DNA of 63,920 nucleotides, counting the filler, from Sphaeroforma arctica JP610 (taxonomy: Eukaryota): assembly GCF_001186125.1 (NCBI RefSeq). It is 6 parts of 3 records of this genome, joined end to end, with 100 filler letters (N's around TTAATTAATTAA, not from the genome) between each part and the next. Parts side by side here need not be neighbours in the genome. Positions count along the whole stretch, not along the records: positions 8,345 to 29,159 come from NW_014040553.1; positions 29,260 to 39,158 come from NW_014040553.1; positions 39,259 to 57,216 come from NW_014040553.1; 3 more parts are not named here. One strand, written 5' to 3'. The notes beneath the pieces were generated by a model. The model had not been told where the DNA came from, made no database searches, and saw only the letters and a list, made by a program, of their open reading frames with translations. Each line of letters opens with the position of its first letter. Positions within the stretch are counted from its first letter, which is position 1. Of this stretch, positions 26,775 to 40,520 are shown one piece after another. Position numbers and translations under genes: made by a program.

Positions 26775-27470
26775 CTACGTGGTTCTTGCACCACTGATTT
26801 GGAAAATGCCGCCTTTTATATACTGTATTTGATTAGATGTTATCACATTGGCTCTATCTGGTTGACACCCGTAGCTTGCGATGTATCGACTGGCTCTATC
26901 TGGTTGACACCCGTAGCTTGTGATGTATCGACTGGCTCTTTCAAAATAATGCGCGTTTCCGCTACTCCTATCCATCTTGTCCCCAATGCTGTCCTATAGT
27001 TACTCTTATGCGTTTTCGTTACACTGCGAGGGTATCTCTATGTGATTTCTGAGCTGCCTTTTGTAGACTGTACTTGATTTTAATGTCATCACGTTGGCTA
27101 CTATCTGGGTGACACCAGTAACTTGTGGTGTATCGGCTGGTTCTTTCAAAGTACTGCGCGTTTCCGCTACTCCTATTCGATTTGTCCTCAATGCTGTCCT
27201 AAAGTTTGCACTCTTGTGCGTCTTCGTTACACTGCAAGGGGGGTTCCTACGTAATTCCTGCACCACTGATTTGAAATATGCCGCCTTTTTTAGGCTGTAT
27301 TCGATTTGATGTTATCACGTTGGCTTCAATTTGGGTGACACCAATAGCTTGTGATGTATCGGCTGGTTCTTGTAAAGTAATACGGGTATCCGCTACTTCT
27401 ATCCAACTTGTCCCCAAAGCTGACTTATAGTTTGCATTCTTATGCATTTTCGTTACGCTGCAAGGGGGTG
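26775..27470 (-). repeat. Three tandem copies (~210-250 bp) of the RAD51D terminal exon
   Basis: Units start after cccttgcag/ccctcgcag acceptors at 27457, 27231 and 27023. The third copy has an internal 42-bp duplication (~26850-26937). Confidence 0.9.
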
Positions 27471-28530
27471 AAAAAAAGGTTCAGCAACCTCGAATCGTAA
27501 TATATGCCGCTGTTGAAAGTATTAGACTCACTACACGAACGCGAGAGTGTTCCTTACCCATTCGTAGTTATAATGATCACATTATGCTCCCGCGTGAGTG
27601 TTCTTAGTGCTGTTGCTATCGACATCATAAGCGCGTGACCTGTATGTACATTGGAGTTGAAGGTCAATATTTCTTGTCCTGGGGCATGTGCGAAGGGAAA
27701 CGGATGCCATACCTCGCAGTTCACTTGTCATGGTGACCATTGATTATAGCGTGCACCTTATGCTCTCAAGATTTTCACTAATGTTAGAAGCGTAGTCATT
27801 CTCTGTATGTACTGGCCGACCAAATAACATAAATGCGCCTGTGCGCAGGGCGCTATATAGTGCCGTAAAACGAACTTTCACACAGTTCGCATGGATAATT
27901 ATTCAGTATCTAAAACAACGTGTACCTCGAGCGCTTGTTGTTAGAACTGGTGCCAACAGCGCAGATATTGAATCGATGATGATTAGTTGTGGAGGTTCTT
28001 TCTCGGTTAGTATGGATGTCATCTCGACATCGCGCCCTTCAACAGCCCTCAACACTGCACTTAAGATGTCTACTAACTCGTGGGCGCTGGCTGATATACA
28101 ACACACCACCATCCCTAGTAGCGAATCCTCATTTACACCACCTGAAACTATTCGGACCAAAATTCAGGAATTTGATACACAATTATAAAACTGTGACGTT
28201 TGGTGTGCACGTTGGAGTGATGAGGTATATCATTTAGAAAGCTAAACTCGCCCAATTGTGTATACGTTTTTTAGGCTTTAGATTGTGCTTCGTTTACTCT
28301 TAAAGAAAGTTATGTTACCCGTTGATCGGTTTTCACCACATATTTTACCAATATTAGTAAATGTCCAAATCACTACTTTGTACGTTTAAACACCGATAGC
28401 ATACCTAGAGGTTGCAGGTATGTCCGCAGGCGGGCAACGGAAAAATTTGTCCCACTGTCAATGTATAAGACGTTGCCCAAGTCCCCAGCCACACATTGGG
28501 CAGCGGCGGATAGACAGATTTGTGTCTTGC
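27247..28530 (-). CDS. RAD51D: RAD51 paralogue RAD51D, 5' part not resolved (exons 28530-28405, 28141-27926, 27639-27558, 27457-27247)
   Basis: Walker A tail GKTQICL, VLYIDSGTNFS, Walker B LIIIDSISALLAPVL, GHALMMSIATALRTL and KSALGTSWIEVADTRITL (compare RAD51D KPALGRSW..VPSTRILL). Confidence 0.85.
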
Positions 28531-29359
28531 CTGAATCTCACCCAATACAAGAAAACGACCATCAAAACGTACGAACTACTCAATGAACACTGAGTAGGTG
28601 TAACAACGTGAAAACTCTATTCCTCTCGATCTTATAATGCGTGGTCGCAGATTTTTTTCTTATAGCAAAGTTCCGAGAATGCGAAGCAGTTGTACCTTTG
28701 AAAATCAAGTCGCTGAAATATATAGTACCGTTCTCATCGACGATCGATAAAAAGGCATCAAATGATCGACAGTTCGAGCCATACAAAGCGAGATGGTGGC
28801 TGGGCACATTTGTCTGTTCATTGTACTATGACACTTAATAGTAACTGTCTTAATCTCGACCTCGTGCTATACTTCATCGATTGATAGAACGAGGTAAGCT
28901 GATACTGTGACTTTATAACACTATTGCACCATGCCTGTGAGAGAATCCTGTCGTACACGATTCCTATCAGGTCCTCGTTCTCGCAGTTGAAATTTCCCAG
29001 GTATATCGCTTCCTTGTATCACAAGGGTTCTTGCGCGTAAATGTCAATACATGAACGTATGCACATATTTAATTTCTTTATCAGTCAAGCCAAAAATCGA
29101 AATCCTCGTGTACTTGGATCACATCTTTAAAGGTACGCATGTATACGTATAGATATATANNNNNNNNNNNNNNNNNNNNNNNNNNNNNNNNNNNNNNNNN
29201 NNNTTAATTAATTAANNNNNNNNNNNNNNNNNNNNNNNNNNNNNNNNNNNNNNNNNNNNGGCAAAAGAAATTTTCGAGCCGAAAGGGCCGTTCAATTTTG
29301 ACGAAAAATAGTATAAATACAGAGTACAAAAGGAAATAAAGAGCACTTTCACAGAGTTG

Positions 29360-31590
29360 AAAAATTAACACTGGAGATCGGTGTGGAACCTTTCTCCAGG
29401 TCCGTAAATGGTGTTCGTAGTTTGGTGGGTGACATAGGTGGCTTTTAATTTACCTTCGATACATGTATTGCAATGTTTGGCGAATTCCGAATTTGCTTTG
29501 GCATAGGCTATAGCAAGAGCGAAATCACGGCCGGGTGACACATACGAATGAAGAGGACCTAGCACGGCGACAACAGTAAACGGTTTCCCGACGGATTGAG
29601 TACCGTGTCAAGAAAATGTAGTCGCCGTATTCTGGATGAGGAATGGTTGGCTTTGTATATGTGCCATGAATGTGGGCCACTATGGTGCAGCCGGGCGAAG
29701 TGGTGCTACGATGACTAGGGTGCTACCGGCCTTCGTGTTAGCTGCAATGATATCGCGAATTATTGACTAGGGTGGACAGACATAAGCCAGTTCATTTAAG
29801 AGGTCGATGTCTGACCAGTCGAGGGCGATGCCGCCACCTTCGAGCGAAACATATCGGGGGACTTGTGCCGTGGCTTTCGAAGCACATAGGTCAATAGTAA
29901 GTAGGCTTAGCGCCTAAGAAAGTGAGTGCTGTTTGAAGGAGATCTGAGTTTTAAACATCCACTCCTCTGTCATAACGTTTAGAGGGGGTGGGTGTGTTAA
30001 TGTGATGTTTTCATGCTTATCCATCCGAAGTGTAACCCGTAAGCTACGATGACCGGAGGAGTATCATTGTCGTGTAGGGGGTTCACATTGTAGATGATTT
30101 TGGGTGAGGTAATGAGTCAGCCGAGGTGTCAGTCGGTGTCGTAGGGTTGGTAATAGGAGGAGTCGGTGTTGGATTGGGGATTCGTCAGTTAAGGTGGAAG
30201 CGGACGGTGTTCCTGCAGAGGGCGAACGAGAGGAATAACCGTAGGAGTCACGAGAAGGGGCGGGCGAGTTTTAGGTATAGTAGTAGTCGGTGGTACGGTT
30301 GCTGTGGTTAGTAGGGAGATCCTGGGATTTGATAGGAGCTTTTGAAGCGAGGAATAGGATACTTAGTATCCGCCAGCTATCCAAGGCAGTGTGATTGTAG
30401 TTGAATGAAGACCAAGGAAACATTATTTTCTGTCTCCGAGGAAATTGAGAAAACCAGAGTCTTGTAGATTGGTCTGGACATTAAAAGTCCCTGTGTAAGA
30501 ATCAGGGTCTAAATATATAATATCTAGGTGGGGGAGAGTACCTCTAACTGTGATGTATTTGATTCGGTTGTCAGCTAGTCGAAAACAGCAGCTCAACAGG
30601 CCCTAGTTCGAAATGTCTACCTGACTCAGATACAGGACCGTGCTACTATTACCATATCAGACATTTATTCTAACATCGAAAAATTCAACGCTGGTTAGTA
30701 AATGGCGCGCGGAACTATGCATGTAATTCACGGTGGCGCCGCCGTCAACAAGCAAGGAATTGTTGTCAGGGGAGCTCGAATGTGTAGCTGTGCAAACGGT
30801 AGGGATCGTTATGCGGGCGACAATAGTAGGAACAATGTAAGGGATTTTTTTTTTTACTTCATTTGGAAAACAATATCTCAAGGTGCCTTTTCTTGGAGCA
30901 ATTATTACATGTCAAGAACTTGGCAGTGCACGCCCTGCCCTGCTGCTGTGACCGACAGTGCCACAGCGGTCACAGGCTTTTGGGCAGAGAGAAGAAACAT
31001 GGGTTGACTCTGACAGACGAAAGAGAGCATCGGGCGGCTGTTCTTGGATTGGTTGGAAGTCTGAAGGTCGGCGATCATTTGGACGACGTCCTGTAGCGTT
31101 GGTTCAGCGGAAGCAGGGGTAGTCGGGCAACTAACTCCTGGAATGGCTTCGTCATCTGATGAAAGTGGAGTTTTCGTGGCATGCAATTTTTCCAGATACT
31201 CGAGCATATGATAGATTGTAATCTCATCGTGATGATTGAAAAACATTTGGTACACATTGTGAATCTGGTGCCTATCCACGTCGGAGAGTCCATCAATGAA
31301 TAGTTTTGGGCGACGACAGGCGAAAATGTAGTACCTTGTGCTTTTGCACGTAACAGTATGTCTTCTATTATAGTGGCACCGAACTTTTTTATTGTCGGTT
31401 TCTCAGCAGCTCAACAGGCCCTAGTTCGAAATGTCTACCTGACTCAGATACAGGACCGTGCTACTATTACCATATCAGACATTTGTTCTATCATCGAAAA
31501 ATGGACCAAAACATTCGCATTACCTGCTCCACACCAATATCTTGGGGCCATTGCTCATGTTACTCCAGCCGCCGATGCGAAATGAAAAAA
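29360..31590 (-). mobile_element. Rearranged, decayed Ty1/copia fragments
   Basis: Minus strand: CNTCIEGK...GPGERFHTDL (gag-pre-integrase/integrase start), LLVDGGATVNYM (aspartic protease) and a gag-like ORF 31279-30905. A plus-strand segment of uncertain identity is duplicated around it. Confidence 0.7.
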
Positions 31591-32230
31591 CATCCGTCCC
31601 TTCCCGCATAGCCCCCTAAATATTTCTTGTTTAAGAGGCTATGCCTACCGAGAGTCCCAGAATCCAGGCCTATCATACCCAGACCCTCTTGTATGTAGTA
31701 GGCCCCAGGTTCAGCGGGTATCGCGGATTTTTCTGTCCTCCAAACTCCAGCTTGTCATGTTTATTAATATTATCCCTACATCCAACTGTTTAGCGCTTAT
31801 TTTGGTTCGATGCCGATTCTACCTTGGGCTTGAACTTGTACCAAGAATTTAATAACCCCTAATTGATCAAGTTTTCTGACAAAAGGTTCATATCATGAAT
31901 CAGGTTTATACTGATGAGGTGGTGTACCCTAATTTCACTGTATATAGAGTTATATATAAAAAGTTTCGTAGTCTTAGTAACCTAGGTGTAATAAACAAAA
32001 GAACGTCTGTCACGTGGGTCAAATGTGACCCGTGTGCTAGACGGATGAAAGACTCGGTCAAGGGGGGAAATTAGGTCCCCCCCCCCCCTCCTCTTCCTCC
32101 TCCTCCTCTCCGAAAACCGAAACCGGAGTTGAATTGTTTTCATCAGACATCGAAATGTCGCGGAAGGTAGTATGTTTGGACCGCGCCAGACTTTTAGATA
32201 GTAAGTCGGCCGGACTATCGTGCATGGGGG

Positions 32231-32470
32231 GGTTAGGCCAAAATCACCACTGTCATCAAGATCTCACATACAGTAGCTGTTCGGTACTAAGTATAGTACA
32301 CAAGAGAACTGACAGATGTCAGAATGTCAATGTATTTACGACACTCAAGGCCATTTAATAAGACAGTACTGTACACTTACGAGTGAGCCCTTTACATTGT
32401 ATACAGAATATATAACCCTTGATAGAAAGGTAATAAAGTTACTCTATTCATAGTTCTATATGGTTCAACG
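32231..32470 (+). repeat. 5' LTR of the copia element, followed by a candidate PBS (GGTAGTGGGGGCC)
   Basis: Homologous to 38561-38789. Ends GGTT...CAACG are mutated from TGTT...AACA. Confidence 0.9.
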
Positions 32471-35400
32471 GGTAGTGGGGGCCTATGTATCCAACAATAG
32501 TCTACCGCACCAAAATAGTGTATTCTTTTTGTCCTATATCCTTAGCATTCCGCTACCACTCACAATTCCAATCATAGGTACCAAAATCACGGGTTTAAAT
32601 ACAGTCATTCAATATACCTCCCACCATTGACGTCTTCACTATACACCAAGCCTTTGATTCCCTCTACAGTGCTCTTGCGTTACGTGACGTTAACTTTAAT
32701 TGGCCTGGGGGCTGTTCACTGTATTAGCGCTTGAAGAGGCTAACACGCACCTTCTCCGTATTCATGTTATGCTCTCTGAATTTGATCTCACTGTCCACAA
32801 CATCCCCGTCAGCATGGTTGCTGCCTTAGCTTATCTCGTGGTTTCTCGCACAAATGCTAATCACTTCAAAACAAACAATGACCAACACCAAGATGACGCC
32901 AACCATTTCAAACAAAGTCGGTCGACTTAGAATACGAACTCAAGCAGCTACATGATCTTCATACCAGCGCCGAGCGTGAAAATTCCATTCTCAAACGCTG
33001 TCTCGATGAATCCTGCAACTCGTTTGCATTGAAGCCCTGTTGGACACTACACTCAAGTCTGATGACGATCCGTCCCATCTTCAAGATCAGATCACCAAAC
33101 TCCGCGCCGAACTTCAGGCCGCCCTCGATCAGGTACAAATCCTCCGTGATGTGCACAAGTCAATCGCCAAGAAATATGGCATCTCTCCAGAGCAGCCCGG
33201 TGTAGCCGTCAGCAACTGTCCTAAATACAAATACAGTTACAAGCGTACTAAACTGAATGATCACGCTCACTACGACCAGTGGTTAATCGGCCTTCGTATG
33301 GAACTCGAACATTTTGGTGTTCTATCGTCTCCATCCCACTTGTACTGACCTATCCGTTGGTGGAGGCCTCAATATGATTACTGATTCCTGATGCCGCCGT
33401 AATCTCATTGATTTCATCAATGAAACGTTGATCAGTTCCACTTATAAGTATGCGTCAAAAGCACATAATTACTTCTTCAAACATATCTGCATCACAACCA
33501 ACACTGCCAGTCATTGTCGCTTCTGGACTGCTATGAAGTCTCTCACCAATTTCACCGCCTCTGGGTCACCCGATTCGACTCTTGAAGCCTTGGAGGAAAC
33601 ACGGCAAAACTTCTTGATGTCAGCGAAATCGTGCCCGACAAGTATCTTATCTGTGCTCTGCTTTATATAGCCTTTACAAACTGCCTCGTTCCGATATTTT
33701 CAATCGTGGCATCGAAACCCTTTCCCATTGACGATGTTTACACGAAAGTCATGAAGTTCACTGGCGATCATCACCTCGAAGTCCATTCTTCTCCTTCCGG
33801 CCTCAATGTGCTTGGCACTTCCTTTGACACTACTAGCGGTGATTCTTCACGTCGCAACAAGCCCTACCCTATTTGTGCTAAACCTGATCACAGTAATTTG
33901 GAATGTCTTTATTCTATCGGTCGCCGTTGTGGCTCCAACGACCGCAAAGGTATCCCGTTGATCGCTCTACTCTTTCTTGTTCCAAATTCTCCCGCAATGG
34001 TCACGTTACTATCGTCTGTCTATCTAATTGAAAACACGGGGTCTACTGTGGCACACAATCCGGCCAACCTCCAGCTATCCCCCATAAATCCGATCCGATC
34101 TTGTTCACAGAGCGATACACAGTGCATAGTACCATTTCTCGCGATGGATCCGCAACACAAACATATATCGCTACATCACTCATTGATTTAAGCGCTATGA
34201 TTCATATCATTTTCACCACTACTTGCGTCATCGACCTTAACAGAATAAGGCCACTTTACGGTGAAATTTCCCGACAAATCACAAATGACGCTTATGCAAC
34301 GTGGTCACCTTTCCGGACTTGGTGCCGTACTTATCATGCCGCAAACTGAATATGACATCATCTATGTACGACTTTTGCAACGCAATGGTCGTTCCCTCCC
34401 AAATGCGACACCTCTCACCCTACTGAGTGTGTCATACAACATCCCAACGGCAATACTATCAGCGCAACCGATACAAATGGTCTTTGTTAAATTGCTACCT
34501 TTGCACCTACAACGCTTCTGATTAGCATCATGTCTCTGGACACACCCATTTATGCACGCTACGGAAAACTCTCAGTCAAAGCAATATCGACACGCACACA
34601 CAACGCAGCGAATCGACTGACAATTGAAAGCTATGCCCTGTTTTATTTCAAAAACGCATGACCGAGCCCTTTTGGCAGTGTCGACATCAACCTCTTCGCC
34701 AGCAAAATCAATGCTCACGTTCCGCAATATTGCAGTCTCGAGGCTGATGCGCCCCTCTCTACGATTTCTTTGCGCAGCCTTGGAAGCAGGGCAAAGGTTA
34801 TTTATATGACAACAACCCGTTCACCAAGAAAACATGGACTGCCACGCTCAATAAGCTTGACTGTGAAGATGGCTCAGTTACCGTCGGTTTCCCCCTCTGG
34901 TATCATAACACATGCTATCAGCAAACATTGCTAAAAAAAACCCTAAACCCTAAAACCACATCGGACACGTTTCTCCGCAATGGTACTGAGGTGGTCAAAG
35001 CTTCCCACTGGCGCATATCTGCATTGCTCGCATCGGCAACATTAAACACGCCGTATCCCCTACAGCCGACCTCCTTGGTGCCGAAGCTGATGTTTCTGCT
35101 CATCCCATGGATGAGACATTATGCACTACTTGCGCTACGGGCAAAATGCGTCACTGCCCGCCCCATTTCTAACACACTAAAGGATCCAGCTACATGCCCT
35201 CCGGTCGGTACAGTGTTCCATGTTGATCTTGAAACTGGACTTCCTGCTTCTGTTGGTGGCTGTATATCCGACATTAAGTATGTGGATGTCAATTTTGGTA
35301 TACTTTTCGTCTATCCACTGAAATCCAAAGACGAGGCCGCAGACACCCGTGATCTCGGTAAAGACAAGCTGGCCTTACTCCAAGAATTAAAATGTGATCG

Positions 35401-38400
35401 CGGCGGGAAGTTTACCTCTCCAGCGTTAAACGCCATCAATACCGTTGCCCACGTGAAGGTTTGTTATGTTCCCACGGCCTCCCCTGCGTTACATGGCCTC
35501 GTTGAGCGCGTCAATGGCAGTATTAAAGATATCATGGTTGGCCACCTCCACCACTGTAGGCGATCAGAGAAAATGTGGGCCGAAGCCATTCATCATACAG
35601 CCTCATGAAGGCAATTCAACATAATATGCGTAATCCCAATGACAAGTCCTCGTGGGAGACGTTCTATGACGAGAAGCCCCACTCCCGTTTACGGTCAATG
35701 CATGTCTATGGCTGCCAGGTTGCTTACGTCAATCAAGATCCCCAGGGTAAACTCGATGATCGTACCCTTTTCGGCGTTTATTTAGGCCGCGATCCTCAAT
35801 CGAAATACTACGACGAGTCTCGTATCCTCAGTGCCAAGACTGGTCGCATATGTCACTCTCGCGAAATTGAATTTAATGATCGCATCTTCCCCACATGAAC
35901 TAACGTTGGTACTAACTACTCTTCCACAGTTTGCCACACTCACGCGAAGACATCCCTACCACACGCGAAATAACGAAAACCTGTTATGCTACTACGCCTT
36001 CTGTTGTCCAGGCTACACCTCCGTCCGCTAACCCCCCCCTTCTTCATCACCCTTCACTGCCACCAGTCTTGGAACCGCATCCGATAGCTCTGAGTTAGGT
36101 GCGCCTGGCTGCTCAGGCATCATGGGAGGTTTCCCACCAAGCTTCAGGGAAGCTTTCTTACCATACTTCAGGGGAGGATTCTGCTACCGATTCCGATATG
36201 GATGTCATACTACAGCTATCTACGACTCTGATTCCGATCACGACTCCGGCGACGATGACTTAGCCGTCCCACTGCCCGCCACTTCCACTTCTCTACCACC
36301 CGTTCCTATGGAGACCACCATCAATGTCAATCTTCAATATCATATTGCCAAGCATTCCACATCGCGTACCCTTCGCAACCTCCTCTTACCATCACGCGCT
36401 AATTCTTGCCCTTTAAATGCTACCACCCACCCAATAATATGCGCATGACAAATGGCTACCCATAATGCACAGGCTCAAAACCACATCGTTCTTGTTCTTC
36501 GGCACCATTCGCCCCGCTACGTTCCATGGTCTCCCGATATAGAAAACAACGGTCGTATCCATCCCACTCGCGCCACCCCCACACTTGACCTCTATCCACT
36601 CGGATTTTCTCATAAAGAGATATTGCTCCCGACAGAAACACGCGAACGCGTCTGCCCCACCTTCGCCGTGTTTGATGCCAGAACAAAGCTGATAATCAAC
36701 TTCGCCGAGCGACATTACAACTTGCTCGATTTCATGCACACAACGTCGTCCAGTCCATTCCACCTCATCTAATACTGTTAGATTTGTCTGACGACCTGCC
36801 CGATGGCACACATACCCATCAAGATCAACACTACGCCGCCGTCACAGCATATATCCCAACAATGACTCTATAACCATACGGATGCCCAAGTTTACGCTGT
36901 ATGCTTGGCTGTCCAGTCTAATCCGCTCATTCCTACTTCCATTCGCGAAGAACTCCGCGGCTAGGATGCCGACCATTGGCGCGCAGCGATCCAGCGTGAA
37001 CTTGTCAGTCTAGCCCAATCGGCCACGTATGATCTTCTCCAGCCCGAGAACGTTCCTGATGATGCCTTTCGTCGTTTCAAGCAAATGAGTGTTTAAGATA
37101 TAGATGATTGATGGGATTGTCGATAAATACAAAGCGCGCTTGTGCGCCAGAGGCTTTTCTCAAGGCATCTATTATGACGAAACATTCGCTCCTATCTGCT
37201 CTCATGAGACATTACGTTCTGTCCTCACTGTTGCCGCCTCCCAATCCTGGAAATTTGCACAGATGGACGTCGACACCGCATATTTATACGTTGATCTCGA
37301 TAAGCCTATCTACATGCGGCCCCCTCCCGGTTCTAGCTCCGTCGGTCTACCTGATAACTCCGTCCTTGCTCTCAAAAGTGTCTCTGTGGCCTTGAACAGT
37401 CAGGCTGCTTCTGGCATGCTTCTGGCATGCCCTTATCAAGTCTAAACTTCTCACCATGGGCTTCACCCAAAGCTTTGCGGACCCGTGTATATTCACCATT
37501 AATTACCCCGACTTCTCGCGCGTTCTTCTACTGTATGTCAATGACAACATCATCTGTGGTGAAACTGATTCTGATATTGATCACTCCAAACAGCTCATCA
37601 CGCACGAATTCAGCTGTAAGGATCTCGGCCGGCCTCACTGGCTACTTGACGTTCGCGTCCTTATCTCGTCCAAGACAACTATATCACCGACGCACTCGCC
37701 ACTTTTAACCTCCCCGATGCTCATGTCGCGCTATACCTGCAACTTCTGATCCAGTCAGCCTCAATGATGGTTCCCGCTTTAACTGCCGGTACCGTGAGTT
37801 AATTGGAACCCTTCAATATCTGTTGGTACTCACACGTATCGACATCAGCTTTCCACTAAACAATCTCGCCCGCTACATGACCAATCACTTACTCACCCAT
37901 TAGACAGCTGCCCAGCGCACCTTGCGTTATATCAGAGGTATGCCCGCTCTTGGCCTCACATTTCGTTATCAGCCCGGTGCCACAGTCGTCGATGCTTTCG
38001 TCAACGCCGATAATAATGCATGTCGAGATACTCATCGTTCTACGAGCGGATACGTCCTCCGTATCAACGGCGTCCCTGTCATCTTGAAGTCGAAACGTCA
38101 GAAAACCGTCACGACAAACACTGCGGAAGCCGAATATTACGCTGCGTCTGAAGCGGGCATACAAATTCAATGGTCACGCAATCTATTATCCGAGATATGC
38201 TTCACAGAATCCGCGCCTACACCGCTCTGCTGTGATAATCTGTCAGCCATTCACGTCATTGCCGACACCAGCACTAACGAACACTTCAAACATCTGGACA
38301 TTCGCATTATCATATTCGCGACCTTCAGTCCCAAGGTGTTATCCGAACATAATGCGTACTTTTGCAAGACAACCTTGCTGACATACCCACGAAGACCACA

Positions 38401-38560
38401 GCGCGTCCCACACATTCCCGCCACACCAGTAACATGCTCTCTGCCGTCCCTTGATAAACCCATGCTATTCACGGAAACAATAATGGGGAGGAGCACACTA
38501 CACTACAATGAACTGCAGATTGTATCCGCAATAATATATGCACACTACTAGTTTTAGGAG

Positions 38561-38789
38561 TGTTAGGCTAAAATCACTACTTCATCAATATCTCACATAC
38601 AATAGCAGTTCGGTACTGAGCAAAGTACACAAGAGCTGACAGATGTCAGAATGTCAATATATTTATGACAATCAACGCCATATGATAAGGCAGTGCTATA
38701 CACCTACGTGTGAGCCTTTCACAATGTATACAGAATATATAAGCCTTGATAGAAAAGTTACTTTATTCTTTGTTCTATATGGTTTAACA
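38561..38789 (+). repeat. 3' LTR of the copia element
   Basis: Starts TGTTAGG and ends TTAACA. Preceded by purine-rich AGGAG, with GGGGAGGAG ~70 bp upstream. Confidence 0.9.
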
Positions 38790-39017
38790 TGGGGATATAG
38801 TCGAGGGGCGCTATCACAGATAGAACGATCGATGTGCTTAAGTTCCTTGGGTGCTGGTGCCGAAAGCTATTTTAATAGCGCTCTGAGAGTCTATATGCCA
38901 GCGTGAAGGGGTGAGCATGAAGCCAAGAACTTGCATATTGTTCTTGACCCACGCGGTAAATTTCGTAGTTTTGGAGCCGGCGATGTATCCAGCCTTGCTG
39001 CAACTAATAAAGGCGGT

Positions 39018-39158
<141 letters not shown>

Positions 39159-39258
39159 NNNNNNNNNNNNNNNNNNNNNNNNNNNNNNNNNNNNNNNNNN
39201 NNTTAATTAATTAANNNNNNNNNNNNNNNNNNNNNNNNNNNNNNNNNNNNNNNNNNNN

Positions 39259-39338
<80 letters not shown>

Positions 39339-39879
39339 CCAAAAACAATCGCCAGACGATCGCCAGACAATCTCCCTCCCAACCTATATGCAATCAGCTC
39401 CACTAACCTCGTACCCTTCTCCCCTCAGGCTACACCTTCCCTTTGTGCCACTTTCCCTTCCCTCCTCCGACTTCAATCAGTCCCATTCTAACTACACCCA
39501 CAACCACATCGCATGAGCTCTCCAGTTGTACATGCCCTGTACTCTTTCTTATCCACATCCACCACCACCACTGTTATTAACCGTCTCTCCTTTAACTGGG
39601 ATTCTCTTATCCATACTACTTTTCGAGATCCGAGTGACCCTGACTCTTCTGCCGCATCAATAGCATACCTTACCACTCATCCTGCCACATACACCACTAC
39701 GTCCCCTTTAATCATTCCCTCAATTCTGTCTGTTACCCTTTCCATCCGATCCGAGATGTCATTATCCGATTAACTTCACTATTTGACACTTCGGTCCCTA
39801 AATTAATTGCCTCGGCTCATAAATCCCCCTCTCTTCTGTCCCGGTATCAACGAAAGTTATCCATAGCAAATACGTGTCT

Positions 39880-40520
39880 GCCCGCCCATGAATACGATGA
39901 ACATAGGCGCTTCGCTCGTAATCAAGCAAGAATGGTTGCCCGCGGAGACGAGCAGGAGCACGGTGACAGCTTATACATACACGACAAAACCCTAAACCCT
40001 AAACCCAGTTCTTGATGCACCAGGGAATTTGATACCTTAGAATACCATCCTGTGAATATTGCCCTTCGCTTTTGCAGCGGTCCATACGACCTCAAGTAGG
40101 CCGGCATAAATTGGAACCACGAGCTGGTGGACAAACTCCAGGCCCTTGGACTCACGCAATCAACTACGGATTGAATACTATGTACTTACGAATTTTGGTC
40201 TCGCGGCTCATCTCATTGGCTTCCGTGTCATCCAACACTCAGATGGATCTGTTTCATTACTGCAAGACGTGATATACATTCGTCACATTCTCGACGCATT
40301 CCAAGCCGCTGACCTACCTCTGAAGCACACCCCAGGTTATTCCACGCATCCTGGCACTTTTACTTTCCTCTCTTAATTTACTTTCATCTCTTTCCACGAC
40401 AAGTACCGCAGTCTTCTAGGAGCTCTCAACTACGCAGCAAACATGACTCGAATGGACATTTGCATACCCACTAAACCAGCTTGCTGCTTTCAGCATAGCA
40501 CCCCTTGCCAGCATGGGACA
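39880..40520 (+). mobile_element. Decayed copia reverse-transcriptase fragment
   Basis: ARMVARGDEQ, SIYDLK*AGINWNHELV and KYRSLLGALNYAANMTRMDI, with internal deletions. Confidence 0.75.

Larger units (their letters stand above)
32231..38789 (+). mobile_element. Full-length but degenerate Ty1/copia LTR retrotransposon
   Basis: Order is gag, integrase (FHVDL, LKCDRGGKF, HGLVERVN), RT (YKARLCARGFSQ, QMDVDTAYL, LLYVNDNI), RNase H (DAFVNAD, STSGYV, SKRQKTV, EAEY, KHLDIR). Many frameshifts and stops. TGGGG occurs on both flanks as a candidate 5-bp TSD. Confidence 0.93.

Noticed and set aside
32011..32090. Hairpin gggtca-aatg-tgaccc and G/C runs as a piggyBac-like end
   Set aside because: No matching second terminus, TTAA target site or transposase was found.
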